Position numbers and translations under genes: made by a program. DNA of 64,000 nucleotides, taken from the NCBI GenBank assembly GCA_964016885.1, contig OZ024746.1:30256001-30320000 (forward strand). The letters are read 5' to 3'. How positions within the stretch are numbered: the first letter of the stretch is position 1; each line of letters starts with the position of its first letter. Below, piece after piece: positions 14,377 through 28,553 of the stretch. Origin of the DNA: Eledone cirrhosa. Taxonomy: Eukaryota. The notes beneath the pieces are model-generated. The model had not been told where the DNA came from, ran no database searches, and worked only from the letters and a program-made list of their open reading frames with translations.

Positions 14377-14574
14377 CATACACACGCGTATATATATATG
14401 TGTATAAGTATATGTATATTTATATGTATATGATGTATATCTATATGCGTTTGTGTGTGTTAGCTATAACTGGGAGAATAGAGCATACCACTATATCAGA
14501 TCATACTCTTCTGTCTACTTGGCTCGGCGTTCAAATGCTACTTGATATATATCATGATTATCATCTTCCCTAAA

Positions 14575-14710
14575 CAGGTGGAGCCAGTCGTTACTGTGCC
14601 ACTACATATTACCTGGCAGTCAGCAATCGCCACTGCTTTCTTTGTTCCTCCGTCATATGCAAAAGGGTCGCAGTGTTGTAAACTTTCCACTCCTGAATGT
14701 TGTCGGACTT
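14575..14710 (-). pseudogene. RTE-like LINE 3' end remnant
   Basis: Minus-strand DNIQEWK...TATLLHMTEEQRKQWRLLTAR. Confidence 0.5.
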
Positions 14711-14745
14711 AGATTTTTATAAAGATATTCGCTTCATTTCCTATA

Positions 14746-14824
<79 letters not shown>

Positions 14825-14831
14825 ATATATA

Positions 14832-14864
<33 letters not shown>

Positions 14865-14987
14865 ATATATGTATGTATATCCCACATCTTACGTTAACTA
14901 TTTTTCCCTTTTGACGTTATAGTCACTTATATATATTATATTATGAAATACTGTTGGCTTCACGCTCACAACAATTTCTATACTTTA

Positions 14988-15083
<96 letters not shown>

Positions 15084-15234
15084 ACACGGGTGTGTATGAT
15101 TGTGTATAGAAGATTATATTAATAAGAGGAATTCCAACTTTGTCTGATTTACTCGTTTTATTTACAATCCTTTAAAATTTATAATGGTATTATAATGAAA
15201 TAGTATGATAGAATATTAAATTCTAAATGTTAAT

Positions 15235-15273
15235 TGAACAAGTACTTTCATGCTTTCGCAATCGTCAGGTTCA
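15235..15273 (-). ncRNA. Minimal hammerhead ribozyme (mirror copy)
   Basis: Same as 15347-15385 but core CTGACGA. Confidence 0.85.
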
Positions 15274-15346
15274 TAATATGTAGTGACAGTCAAGTTTGCA
15301 ATTTTCAACGTTTGAAAATTGCAAACTTGACTGTCACCACATATTA

Positions 15347-15385
15347 TGAACCTGAAGATTGCGAAAGCATGAAAGTACTTGTTCA
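15347..15385 (+). ncRNA. Minimal hammerhead ribozyme
   Basis: tgaac-CTGAAGA-t tgc gaaa gca t-GAAA-gtac-TT-gttca. Confidence 0.85.
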
Positions 15386-15500
15386 ATTAACACTTACAAT
15401 TTAATATTCTACCATACTATTTCATTATAATACCATTATAAATTTTAAAGGATTGTAAATAAAACGAGTAAATCAGACAAAGTTGGAATTCCTCTTATTA

Positions 15501-15537
<37 letters not shown>

Positions 15538-15541
<4 letters not shown>

Positions 15542-15920
15542 TAAAAAGGAAATGAAAATGCTGAAAAATTTATCCCAGTGAAAAATAGTTTAATTAGGTA
15601 GAAGTATAAATTAGTAATAAGTATTAGTTAGTATTCAGTTTTAGTTTTAAGTGTTTACCGGTTTCGCATTTCTAAAAACAGGAAGAATTTCCAAAACTGA
15701 TCAGATTAGAGCAAAAATCTATCTCAAAATTATTTTTGAAAAGCATAAGAAATGCGCAACCGGTAAAAACTTAAAACTAAAACTGAATACTAACTAATAC
15801 TTATTACTAATTTATACTTATTCCTAATTAAACTCTTTTTCACTGGCAAAAATTTGTCAGCATTTTCTTTTCCTTTTTACTAATATATCACAACTCATGT
15901 GTCACACCTCTATTTTTTTA
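15538..15920 (+). mobile_element. Fold-back element, family E, with U3-A8 hammerhead at ~15733-15768
   Basis: Arms 15538-15673 / 15749-15883; TTGAAAA-gcat aagaa atgc-G(C)AA-ccgg-TA, with GAAA retained in the mirror arm. Confidence 0.8.
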
Positions 15921-15933
15921 AATATATATATAT

Positions 15934-16039
<106 letters not shown>

Positions 16040-17764
16040 CCGTTGTTGTTGTTTAGCACAAGGACTTCTCTAATCGATCAAATACAAACTCAAATGCGTT
16101 CTAACTGTGACCATCTTGATTTTCTGCTACGTCAGGTATATCGTTAAGGAATGTGTTCTTTCTATTTTAAGAGAGTAATGTTTGATTTATGAGAGATTGA
16201 GATATTGTTTCTAATAAATGAAGTAACTTTACTGTTTTGTTTTTTTGTTTTTTACCGTCGATCTTTAACACCTGGTCAATTATAACTAAGCAGAAATACC
16301 ATCACATACAATTTAAATATTACCATACCATTTAGAAGTATATCTTTTGCCAGTACCAGTTATCATTTTAATGAAAGATAGTAACTATTTGTAACAATCA
16401 AACAAACGCTATTAGTTCGGTACATTCCTGTGATACGCTCGGTTCGGTCATACTAAACATCGGTCATTCTACTTTCACAAAAATAAATTTATGTAGTTCT
16501 TGTTTCGATGCAGTTTGTCACCACCATTTCCTTTTTATTAAAGTGGGTCATGACCACAAAATATAATGTAAAAGTGTGTTTTTCTTATTTTACTTTTGAA
16601 AAAGAAACCCTTAACCCAAAATATCTCGAAATCGAATGCAAAAGTGTAAAGTATTGTTTTGTTTTACTTTATTGTAGTTTACACTCTGGTTTTCTAACTT
16701 ACATTTTACCGGTTTTCCCGAAAACTATTCTATACGAAATAAAAAAAATCTCTCGATTCTCTTAAAAATGTGTCTTCAATTATTTCTCTTAAAGAAATCA
16801 TTCTTTTCTATCTGTGTTCACTGATTCCTAATAATATCTATAGTGCTGCTGACAAAGAATTCTATTAAAACCCTAATCTAATTTTCTATTTCTATAGATT
16901 TTTGTCTTTCGTTTTATCCCTCGTATGATAGAATCGATTTATTTTCTGTTGGATTCAGGCCATATTTTATAAATTATTTTCCTTTACCTCAATAAATTGT
17001 GCTGGTTTATTTCAATTAATTAGGCGAATTTTTTGATGTTTTTTCTTTTTTCTTTTTCTACAATCTTTAGAAACTTAACCGTTTGTGTTTTAAATAATGC
17101 AATGTTTTGTACTAAAGAATTTCTATTTTGGTCACCTGGTACGTTCAGTTTTGGCTAATGTCTTCTACGAGGAATTTCAGAAATGGGGGAAGTGATCGAA
17201 AGGGCTCATATGAGGGAAACAGTATTTAACCTCGTTGTTATATGTTCGGGGTTCAAATCTCAACGAAGTCAACAATGGTGTTCATCTCCTCTGGTCACTT
17301 GAATAAGTATCAGTCATATACTGGCGTCTTCCCAATAGACATTCCATAAATCACTGATCGAACGAAGAACTTATAAACATTCTACCGGATTAAACGAGAA
17401 AAAGACCTGTTAGATAATGTAGTATTGTATAATACCTAGAGAGAGTTAGATAATATAGTAATATATTATACCTAGTTATGTTAGATAATATTTCTTTTTA
17501 TAAAATAATTATTTTTGATGTTATTGTATTATATTATAAATAAGATACGTTAGATAATATTGTGTTATATTAAACCCTTGTATACGTTAGATAATATAGT
17601 ATTATATCTAGAAAGATGTGTTGAGAACAACTAGAATATATTAGTCATCGATTACTCCTGTTCATTCAGGATTGATCTGTTTACATTGAACAACAACAAT
17701 CAACAATTGTAAGCTCACGTCATTGAAGATTAAGCATTCATTTATATCGCAAAACATATAATAT

Positions 17765-19135
17765 ACCAGATAGAAAAATGCGTACAGCAAAAAAAAAGTA
17801 ATATTGTTGGAATATAAACCTTTAAAAATACAGGACAAGAAACTAAAATAAAACTTTAAAAGAATAGGACAAGAAACTAAGATAAAACTTTAAAAGAATA
17901 GGACAAGAAACTAAGATAAAACTTTTAAAGAATAGGACAAGAAACTAAGATAAAACTTTTAAAGAATAGGACAAGAAACTAAGATAAAACTTTAAAGAAT
18001 TGGACAAGAAACTAAGATAAAACTTTTAAAGAATAGGACAAGAAACTAAGATAAAACTTTTAAAGAATAGGACAAGAAACTAAGATAAAACTTTTAAAGA
18101 ATAGGACAAGAAACTAAGATAAAACTTTTAAAGAATAGGACAAGAAACTAAGATAAAACTTTTAAAGAATAGGACAAGAAACTAAGATAAAACTTTAAAG
18201 AATTGGACAAGAAATAAAAAATTTTACAATAATATTAGTGGCAAAATTTTTATTGGTAAAAAATTGAGTTCCACATTCATAGGCTCTGGGTACCACATTC
18301 AGAGGTCGTCGTCAGACGGGGGGGGGGGATCATTTGATCCTGGTTTGAACACCAATTGGGCCATAACCATACCCCTATTTCATCATTCGGTGACACGCCT
18401 CATGTGTCATGCATAATGTGAATGGACCCATGGGCCCATGAGCACAGATCTTGAGCAGCAGCGGACGGTCTTGTCGTCCCGCTCATCCTTGATCTTGACC
18501 AACCCGTCCATCTTCTCCTTGCATCTTGTCCTTGAGTTCAAGTCCGGCAGTCCAGATGAATGCGTGCCACAGCTTTCTGGTACAGGAAGGGGGAGCAGGA
18601 GGACTGGAGGGATGACGGGACAGAGGGAGGGAGGACCGGTGGTTGAGGGAGGTGCCGTAGTCGGTGGTCAGAGTCGACATCTTGTCCCGGTCGTCTTTTC
18701 CATCTTCGTCTGGTGTTGCGGGACCAGAAGTGCATTCTTGGAGGAGACCTGCACCTGCATCGGCCAATTCTTCTTGCAATGGTCATTCTGACGGAGCAGA
18801 ACTGCTCAGCCAACCAACCCCAACCAGAACCAACCGCTCAGGGGCAACGCACAATGAGAGCATGACAATTATTATGCACTAATCAAGAAGATACTGGGGA
18901 ATAGCACAGGAAACGAATAAAAAAATGTTGCCACTAATATTATTGTAAATTTTTTTATTTCTTGTCCAATTCTTTAAAGTTTTATCTTAGTTTCTTGTCC
19001 TATTCTTTTAAAGTTTTATCTTAGTTTCTTGTCCTATTCTTTTAAAGTTTTATTTTAGTTTCTTGTCCTGTATTTTTAAAGGTTTATATTCCAACAATAT
19101 TACTTTTTTTTGCTGTACGCATTTTTCTATCTGGT
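17765..19135. mobile_element. Foldback-type element: long inverted arms containing a 34-bp tandem array around a GC-rich core
   Basis: Arms 17765-18254 / 18916-19135 are near-identical apart from array copy number. Confidence 0.8.
17832..18214 (+). repeat. 34-bp tandem array, 12 copies (4 copies in the inverted arm at 18955-19070)
   Basis: Unit aggacaagaaactaagataaaacttttaaagaat. Confidence 0.95.
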
Positions 19136-19676
19136 CTACTATTTTTTAAGGCAAATGCAAGCAACAACTATCTAATAATTAAATGATCATAGTGAATTAC
19201 TGACAAGTGATTGACATTTTAAAGTTCTTTTGAGTATAATTGCAATCTAGTTGAGGCAACTGGCTTAATGACAAAGCTACGTCATTTCTGGATTACCTAC
19301 CCTAGCGTCACGCTTACTATTCCATCACTTGAACACAAGATTTATCAGCAAACTTTGATTATAAACTTTTTCCCGCTGGACCAAATTTCTAGATTTGTAA
19401 GCCAAAAGATGCGTAATGATCTACTGTTCATGCTCATATAAGTTTTATCTCAGTTAAATAAAGTAGAGCCGCACTGTACTGTCGTAAACAGACGATTGCC
19501 AACGAAAACACGACCACAACAATATTACTAAACGGACTACCGTCCGTTTAGGATAAATGGTTTCAGAAAAAAACTCACGTTAAGGGTAAACGTGTTAGTG
19601 AATTGCTTAGTTATTAGTATTACCTCTATCTAACTTTGTCCCACTTTTACTACACTATTGTCCCTTATCTCAGGGT

Positions 19677-19828
19677 CAGGGGCGGTGAAGACACTTTTGA
19701 ATTGGGGGATGGGGCAAATTTGGTTAATTTAGGCGTAGTGATTAGTTTAGCTCTTTGCACTCTAAAATAGTCAGAAAACTTCGATATGCGAAAAACGTAT
19801 CATGTACATAAACTGTAGCGCATATCCT
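19677..19828 (+). mobile_element. MITE-like element 5' half, same family as 800-1455
   Basis: Starts caggggcggtg; direct similarity to 815-950. Confidence 0.5.
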
Positions 19829-20459
19829 AATTATTCCCCACTCTATTTAAAGTTTTCCCTGTTTTACTGTTGCATTGCCCCCAAATCTAATGTTGCCCCA
19901 ATTTTACCACCCTATCTAACATTCCCTAACTGTTACTACCCGCTCTATCTATCGTTGACCCATTTTTGTTATCGCATTGCCCTGACTAACGTTGATTTAT
20001 TAAAAGATTAGAAATGTGTCTTGTCGAATATGTTTGCGTGTGTCAGATTGGCGATTAATAAATAATAAGATCCGTCATTTAATATTCTGATTTATATGTT
20101 AACCTGTATCTTTTGTCTGTCCCACGGGTTTGGAAACCTGTTTGTGAAGGTGGGTTCCATGAGAAATGTGTTTACACCTTACAGATCAAAAGGAAACAAA
20201 TATGAAATCTTGCTCATAAATAAAGCTATGAAAATAGCATGTCTTTTTAACTGTGTTAATGTCATTCCTTATAACATCGAACTTTGCATTCCACTGTCAT
20301 AGCCAACAGAGGAATTCCATAAAAAAATATTTCTTTGTCTGTTTGTTTCCGAGATGAAATGTTTTATAAAATCTTCAGTTGTTCAACAGTTTGCATTCGT
20401 TTCAGAATTCGTTTGTGTTTGTTTAGACGCCCAAGTTTCAAAATAGATAAAAGCCAATC

Positions 20460-20542
<83 letters not shown>

Positions 20543-20695
20543 TTCCCCCACTCTCCCCTTTTATCTGACGAGCTTCCTATTTATATCACTCTCTCTCACT
20601 CTCTCCCTCTCCTTCTCTCTCTCTCCTCTCTCTCTCTCTTTCCCCCACTCTCCCCTTTTATCTGACGAGCTTCCTATTTATATCACGCACACACA

Positions 20696-20726
<31 letters not shown>

Positions 20727-20841
20727 GCTTTCTCTCTCTCTCACCGGCATTCTCTTTACTTTGAAGAGAAAACGAAAGACATTCTAACATACGTTAAATA
20801 TTTTCTGTTTTTCTTTCGCAGTTTATCTTTCTGTCTCCCCA

Positions 20842-20880
<39 letters not shown>

Positions 20881-20901
20881 ATCTCTCTCTCTCTATCTAT
20901 A

Positions 20902-20952
<51 letters not shown>

Positions 20953-21109
20953 ATCTCTTGCCCCAACTCTTCACAAAGAAGAGAAAATACGAGAACCTGT
21001 AAACTACGCCTACATTATCTCAGGAAACAAAAATTCAATTCATTGGTCAATGTCAGGAAATCAGGAAATAAATTCAAAAAGTTATTTGAAATTCCATCGA
21101 GGCTACCTA

Positions 21110-21321
21110 GGGCGGTGGATTGGTAGTATTGGTAGAGCGTCGGACACCATGCTTTTCGACATGGAGTTATGGCCCTTTACGTCCTGAGTTCAAATTTCGT
21201 CGCCGAGTTTAGCTTTGACTTTCCTCCTTACGGGGTCGATAAATTAAAGCTCCAGTAATGCACTGGAATCGATTTAATTGACTTTCCCCGCCTCCTTCTG
21301 CCTAAAGTAGAAACAATTATT
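21110..21321 (+). mobile_element. SINE family 1
   Basis: gggcggtggattggtagtattggtagag...cctcc ttacggggtcgataaa...gtagaaacaattatt. Confidence 0.85.
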
Positions 21322-21753
21322 GGCGAGTCTATGTCACGTGGCCGTCATGGTAGCGACGTCGATGTCACATAGTGAATTGATTACGAAGTTTACGTCACGT
21401 GTCATCGTCATGATTGCAGGTGTGACTGTAGTGATTGCAGGGTAAAAATATATAATAGATTCAATTATTGAAAGTCAATTTGGTGGTGGCGACGAGTTAA
21501 TTGTCTCAAACACTAAAATGTGTGACAGAAATCATTATCTAAGAGCGAGAGATTGGGGGGAGATAATCAGAAAGACAGATAGACAGACAAATAGACAGAC
21601 AGAGGGAGACGAACGACCAGAGAGAGAGAGGGGGTGGGGAGACAGTCGGACGGCCAGAATGAGAAAGAGAGAGAAAGAGATAGAGAGTGAATCAGAAAGA
21701 CAGACAGGCAGACAAACAGACAGACATAGGGAGACAAACAGCCAGAGCGAGAA

Positions 21754-21824
<71 letters not shown>

Positions 21825-22145
21825 GACAGACTGGAAGACAGCAGAGTGAGAGAGAGAGAGTGGGGAGAGAGAGAGAGAATGATGCAAAGAGACAGTCTAA
21901 AACATGTTAATTTCTCGTCTGGGAGACTATGGCTACTGCACCTTCCACCAGGTCTGTCAATTCAAAAATTAAAACAAGTGCCTCGTGAATCAGGTCAAAA
22001 CAGCTTTATCAAGCAAAAATAAACATACACACATATATTTGTATGTGTGTATATATATATGTGTGTATGTGTGTGTGTGTATGTGCACGTGTGTGTATGT
22101 ATATATACATATGTATGTATGTTGTATATTTGTATGTATATATAG

Positions 22146-22224
<79 letters not shown>

Positions 22225-22398
22225 ACATGAACCAATCATCTGTGAAACGTTCGTAATACGTCGGTAATCAATAAAACATAAACGAAATCTCATCGATTTT
22301 TCTTATTATATACACTGCCTGAGCATTGAATGCTCTTATTTGGCGGCACCACCGCTATTAATTCACTGAATCACCTATACAATATATATAAACAGTTA

Positions 22399-22768
22399 AC
22401 TTTTAAGTATCACTTTAGAAGGAGAATCAGGGTGGAGAGAGAGGCACTGCACCCCAGTAAATTTACTGAAAGATGGGTGAATGAAGCGAAAATGGCCCGA
22501 GTGATTGGGCCTTCTCTGTTGATAAGCCTGTAGGTTGAGGAAGAGAGCAAAAGGAAGAAAGGTGCACTTGCACAACACGCTCCTAGAGTTGAGGGTCGTT
22601 CTATCGACGGGGTATTAAACAACCCATTTGTGGCGCCTCCCCTCCTATTGGGAATTTCGATTGTTGTAATTGTTTGTTTTTTATATTTTTTACACGACTG
22701 TATGTAAAATCCCCGGCATGTCTTTGTATTGTCCCCTTTTCTTGTGCGCCCTTGTGGCTAATAAAGAA
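22399..22768 (+). mobile_element. L1/Tx1-like LINE 3' end (ORF2 C-terminus plus 3' UTR)
   Basis: FKYHFRRRIRVEREALHPSKFTERWVNEAKMARVIGPSLLISL*, then a UTR ending in aataaa. Confidence 0.55.
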
Positions 22769-23704
22769 ATATATCTTTACTAGTTGTCCAGATAAACGTA
22801 CTGAAATGTTTATGTTAATATTAGTATAGTATTGTCCCATAAGATCAAAAGTTTTTTTTAATTCTTTCTATATAAACCACAGCTCTGAAACATATAGTCA
22901 TCTCTCTATCATTTACACTAATTCCACTATTTTCTCGGCACATCAATGATATATGATGGTTGCTTCAACTTGTTTTACCATTTGTCTTTTACAATTGAAC
23001 TTGAAATACTGGTAAAATATAATTGAGAGTTACGAGACTGTTGTGTGTTCTTGTGTAGGTGCGTGTATGTGTGTGCCTGTGGCCACTCTGTCTGTTGTGT
23101 CTGTGTATCTGTCTGTCATGTGTGTGACCTCTCTGTTTGCCATGTGTGTGTGTGTGTGTGCCATGTGTGTGTGGTCTCTCTGTCTGTATTTTGAATGTGT
23201 GTGTTTATTTATATTTATTTTATTATTTTTTTTTATGTTTGCCTTTTTATGCGTGAATGTAGCCTAGGAAATGATCTGAAATATTTTAAGTACATTCGAG
23301 CAGCTCTGTCATAATACATTATGTTTACTCACTCCTCCTCCCTCGCCCTACCTCTCTGTCTTGTTCTCTTTCTCTTACTCCGTCTCTCCCTAGCTCACTC
23401 TCTCTCTGTCCCTTTCTCCCTCTCTCTCTGTGTCCATCTCTCCCTCCCCCTCCCTCTCGCCTCTCTCTTTGACGTCTCACTTCTTGATTCATTTCCTGTT
23501 AGTGATCTAAATATTTATACCAGTCAATATTTACATTCACATCGTGTTTAGAGACTATTTTTTTTTTACGCTCTCTTCTTTATTTACTTCTTTTTGCTCA
23601 TTTTATCATCGATAATTTATATTTATGCGCCGTAGAGGGCTGTTTTTATCAGATGCCAAACAACCATCCAAGAGGGCAGTGAATTTTTGTACCCTGTTAC
23701 GAAT

Positions 23705-24035
23705 GGACCTTCGTCGGTTTCGACATTGACTGTTTCAGTTGTTCAATCAATGGAACAGCCTGTTCATTATATTAACGTGTACGTGGTAAAACTTGCCAGA
23801 CGCGTGTATTCCTCAAAGAGATTCAGAGCGAGAAAGTGTATGTCAAGGGTAACCCTTTAAATTACAGGGATAGTACATCCGGCGGACGATATTCGATTAC
23901 CCAATTTGACTAATAAGGCAAAAGTCGTGGCGAGGATGAGGGAAATATTACTTATCCAAGATACAAGGAAGAGGGATTGAACTCATGATCTAATGATTGC
24001 GAAGCAAACTTCTTGATCATTCGACCTTGCCGTGG
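23705..24035 (-). mobile_element. SINE family 2, diverged
   Basis: tggaacagcctgttc...ttaacgtg...gagattcag...aattacagg...gggattgaactcatga. Confidence 0.75.
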
Positions 24036-24054
24036 CCACTTGTATCTCTCGGTG

Positions 24055-24350
24055 ACCTTGTTATCCCCACTTCTATCTACCCAAGACATCTTACAGTGAC
24101 CTTATTGTCTCCAATTCTATCTACCTTAGACAGTCCTCTGTGGTCTTACTGTTTCCACTTCTATCTAGCTAGTTATTTTTTGGCGACCTTACTGTAACCA
24201 CTTCTATCTTCGTATCTCTCTGTGGTCTTACTGTCTCCACTTCTATCTACCTAGATATCTCTTGTTGACCTTATTGTGACCAATTCTAAGATATCTCTTG
24301 GTAGCCATGCTGTGACCACTTCTATCTATCTAAGATATCTCTCGGCATCC
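24055..24350. repeat. Degenerate ~43-bp minisatellite, ~7 copies
   Basis: Recurrent ccacttctatctac...gaccttactgt. Confidence 0.8.
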
Positions 24351-24824
24351 TTGTACATCAAGATGGATCACATAAATGTAACTGAAAGAAGTTGATTATC
24401 AGAACTAAGGTAACAATGTTTCCATTAGTCTTTCTAGTATTTATACTATTTCCTGGTCGCTACTGTTCGCATAACACGGCATAAAACGTTGTTCTGAGTG
24501 GCACGTTTATAAATTTTCAAACTTTCTCGTGTTTGTAATGTTGAATTATGTCCCGTACTTCTGTATAAGTACGATGTGTGTTAACGTCATGTTGTGAGAA
24601 TCTCTAAAGAATTAGCCAGCTTGTTTTAAATAATAGTCAAGGTGAGAGGGTCTGTATACTGTTGGTCGACCTTCTAGAAATAACGAACAAATCTCCCACA
24701 AAAGATAGCCAATAATTGTTTCGAGATAGAAGTTTTTGTGACATAATGTAATTAAGTGAGGTTATATAAACACGTGGGAAATTTAATGTAGTTTTCCTAA
24801 TATGTAGTGGACGCAATGTAGTCG

Positions 24825-25300
24825 AAGATTTTACATGTTTGCTTCACAATCATGGGTCTCGTGGGTCCCGAATTCGATCTCACAAGTATTATTTACCAGT
24901 CCTCCGAGTCGACCCATGCCTTCTGATTGAAATTAGCTAGAGGGAAACTGAAGCCTATCATATGGACTGTACCTATAATCCAAAGGACTTGTCTTGTCAC
25001 ACTCTATATCACGTTGAATGTCTCTGACAATTTCGTTATGGGTGCACGTGTTTGTAGAATACTGAGCCACCTGCACGTTAATTTAGCAAGTAGGCTCTTC
25101 CGTAAGTTAAACAACTGGAACACATTCGTTATCGAAACTGACGAAGAAATGTTGTAGCTCAGGGCGGTGGAATTGTGGAATTGTCAGAGCGTTGGAATTG
25201 ATACCTTTTGGTATTTGTTCCAGCTCTTTGCTCTGTGAGATCACGCAGTTGCCTTTGCCTCTGCCTTTCTTCCTATTGGAGTCAATAAAATAAAGTACCT
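24825..25300 (+). mobile_element. SINE family 2 copy followed by a diverged SINE family 1 copy
   Basis: ctgagccacctgcacgttaattt..aactggaaca; then agggcggtggaattg...aataaaataaagtacc. Confidence 0.7.
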
Positions 25301-25786
25301 GAAATGTAGGATCATTGGACCAGGCGCTTATCAGAATCAGTTCCTGCTATTGTCTATTTGGCGGATAATCGAACTCACGAGAGTATGACCGTGAGCAAAA
25401 ACCCTTACACAGTAAACGACATACCTTCACACAATCTTATTTATTTTAAAGTAGAAATAAATATTCTACACGACATCTAAATCATCTATTTCTCTCTCAA
25501 ATAAACTACCACGACGCGCCGGATCCGCTCTTCTCATAAATCCTCACAAAGTAAAGAAAAGAGTTAAGACAAAGATGTTGCGATTAGAACAGAGTTAGTA
25601 GAATTTAAGTTACTTTTACAGTTCGATATCAGATAAAAGTATAATAAATCTCGGCATTGCTCGGGAACTGAGTGAACCAATTCCTGGGAAACACAGCCTT
25701 ACAATAGACATCCTAGAAATTTATTTCGATTTATAAGCGCTAACGAATAGTGTATGTAGTAGCAACTAGATAATTAGACAAAGGAA

Positions 25787-25846
<60 letters not shown>

Positions 25847-25883
25847 TATGTATATATATATATATATGCATATGTATATATAC

Positions 25884-25934
<51 letters not shown>

Positions 25935-25947
25935 TATGTATATATAC

Positions 25948-25978
<31 letters not shown>

Positions 25979-26029
25979 TATTTTATATATATATATATGC
26001 GTTCCTTTGTCTAATTATCTAGCTGCTAC

Positions 26030-26081
<52 letters not shown>

Positions 26082-26082
26082 C

Positions 26083-26146
<64 letters not shown>

Positions 26147-26152
26147 ATATAT

Positions 26153-26289
<137 letters not shown>

Positions 26290-26363
26290 CATATGGATGA
26301 GAGGAGGGCTGTGTGTTTACTGATAACAGGTGTTAGAAGGTAAGGAAACAAAAACAATGGGTG

Positions 26364-26450
26364 GACATTTCCACCAGTAAAAAAGCCATTGAGAAATAAT
26401 ATATTTTCAACTTAAGTCACTTTAATGAGACTTCACGAAACTACTGTACA

Positions 26451-26500
<50 letters not shown>

Positions 26501-26672
26501 TGTAGAGTGGTTTCGTGAAGTCTCATTAAAGTGACTTACGTTGAAAATATATTATTTCTCAATGGCTTTTTTCCTGGTGGAAATGTCTCCATTAATAGCA
26601 TTTTGTTTACCATTATTCCTCTTACTCTCATCTAAATATAGTAACCTGAGTTATTACATTACTTCAATTTCG

Positions 26673-26673
<1 letters not shown>
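26364..26673. mobile_element. Inverted-repeat element with (TA)n at its centre, family F
   Basis: Arms 26364-26453 / 26498-26587; tail runs to caatttcg(ta)n. Confidence 0.75.
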
Positions 26674-26701
<28 letters not shown>

Positions 26702-26704
<3 letters not shown>

Positions 26705-27098
26705 GGAGGTGAGTTTTATTGTAGTACAATAAAGCAATGCAAATATCGGATAAGAAGCACTCTACAGTTTGTAGGACTGGAGTATACATAATATAAGATC
26801 AAAAGATGGTTAAAGGAGTTCCATGTATTTTATTATGCGCATTTCAAAAACAAACATCATCATGCAATAATATTTGTGTTTTCATCAGGTAAAACAGGAG
26901 AACATGATATGAAGGCTAAAAAACACTTGTGGATAGTGCAGTTGATTTAAAACTGCACTATCCACAAGTGTTTTTTAGCCTTCATATCATGTTCTCCTGT
27001 TTTATCTGATGAAAACACAAATATTATTGCATGATGATGTTTGTTTTTGAAATGCGCATAATAAAATACATGGAACTCCTTTAACCATCTTTTGATCT

Positions 27099-27106
<8 letters not shown>
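26702..27106. mobile_element. Fold-back PLE-like element, family G, copy 1
   Basis: Arms of ~160 bp around gtgcagttgatttaaaactgcac; (TA)n on both sides. Confidence 0.9.
27001..27065 (+). ncRNA. Hammerhead ribozyme, family G (mirror copy 26829-26893 on minus)
   Basis: tttat-CTGATGA-aaacacaaatat...atgtttgttttt-GAAA-tgcgca-TA-ataaa. Confidence 0.8.
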
Positions 27107-27900
<794 letters not shown>

Positions 27901-28411
27901 ATTAATCAGTATACACTGAGGATATATATATATATATATATAATATACGTACTGGAACGCACGCATATATGTGTCTGTGTGTGTTTGTAGTTCCCATTTC
28001 CCGTGGACTAACAATAGTCAGTATACATAATTCCTACAATCACTAGTGTGGTCTACTTTTCCTCTCCTCCCCTCTTCCTCCCTGTCCTCTTCATCCCCAT
28101 CATCATCGTCATGACCGTGTGGGTCTTTTCCAGTATTTACCCATTTTGTTTAAGTTTCAGGGGTTCACTCGCATTTATGATATTTTGTTTTACGCACCAT
28201 ATTTTTTTTATTCGGACGTTCTTGTAACTTATTGTGAAGTTCTGTTGGTTTAAACAGTGTCCATATTGTATTGTATAGCCAACCCAAACACCGTTTAATT
28301 ATAAAACAAAGTCAAGAAGAGAATTTCCGACACAATCATATAGGAATGTCAATGATTTATTATATTGTAAGTCAAATAAATGTATTATACGCACACACGC
28401 ACACGCAGATA

Positions 28412-28553
<142 letters not shown>

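Larger units (their letters stand above)
15118..15502. mobile_element. ~385-bp near-perfect palindrome, family D, with a hammerhead in each arm
   Basis: Arms of ~190 bp around caacgtttg (15310); flanked by (GA)n and (TA)n. Confidence 0.9.

Noticed and set aside
15118-15502. Palindromes as sequencing or assembly fold-back artefacts
   Set aside because: Arms carry scattered substitutions, apexes track biological stems, and the architecture recurs across families; raw-read confirmation is still advisable.
17832-18214. 34-bp repeats of CRISPR-like length
   Set aside because: Head-to-tail with no unique spacers, no cas genes, eukaryotic context.
18438-18882. Four overlapping ORFs in the GC-rich core as a host gene
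   Set aside because: Open frames are expected at this GC content; no coherent protein; lies inside an inverted-repeat element.
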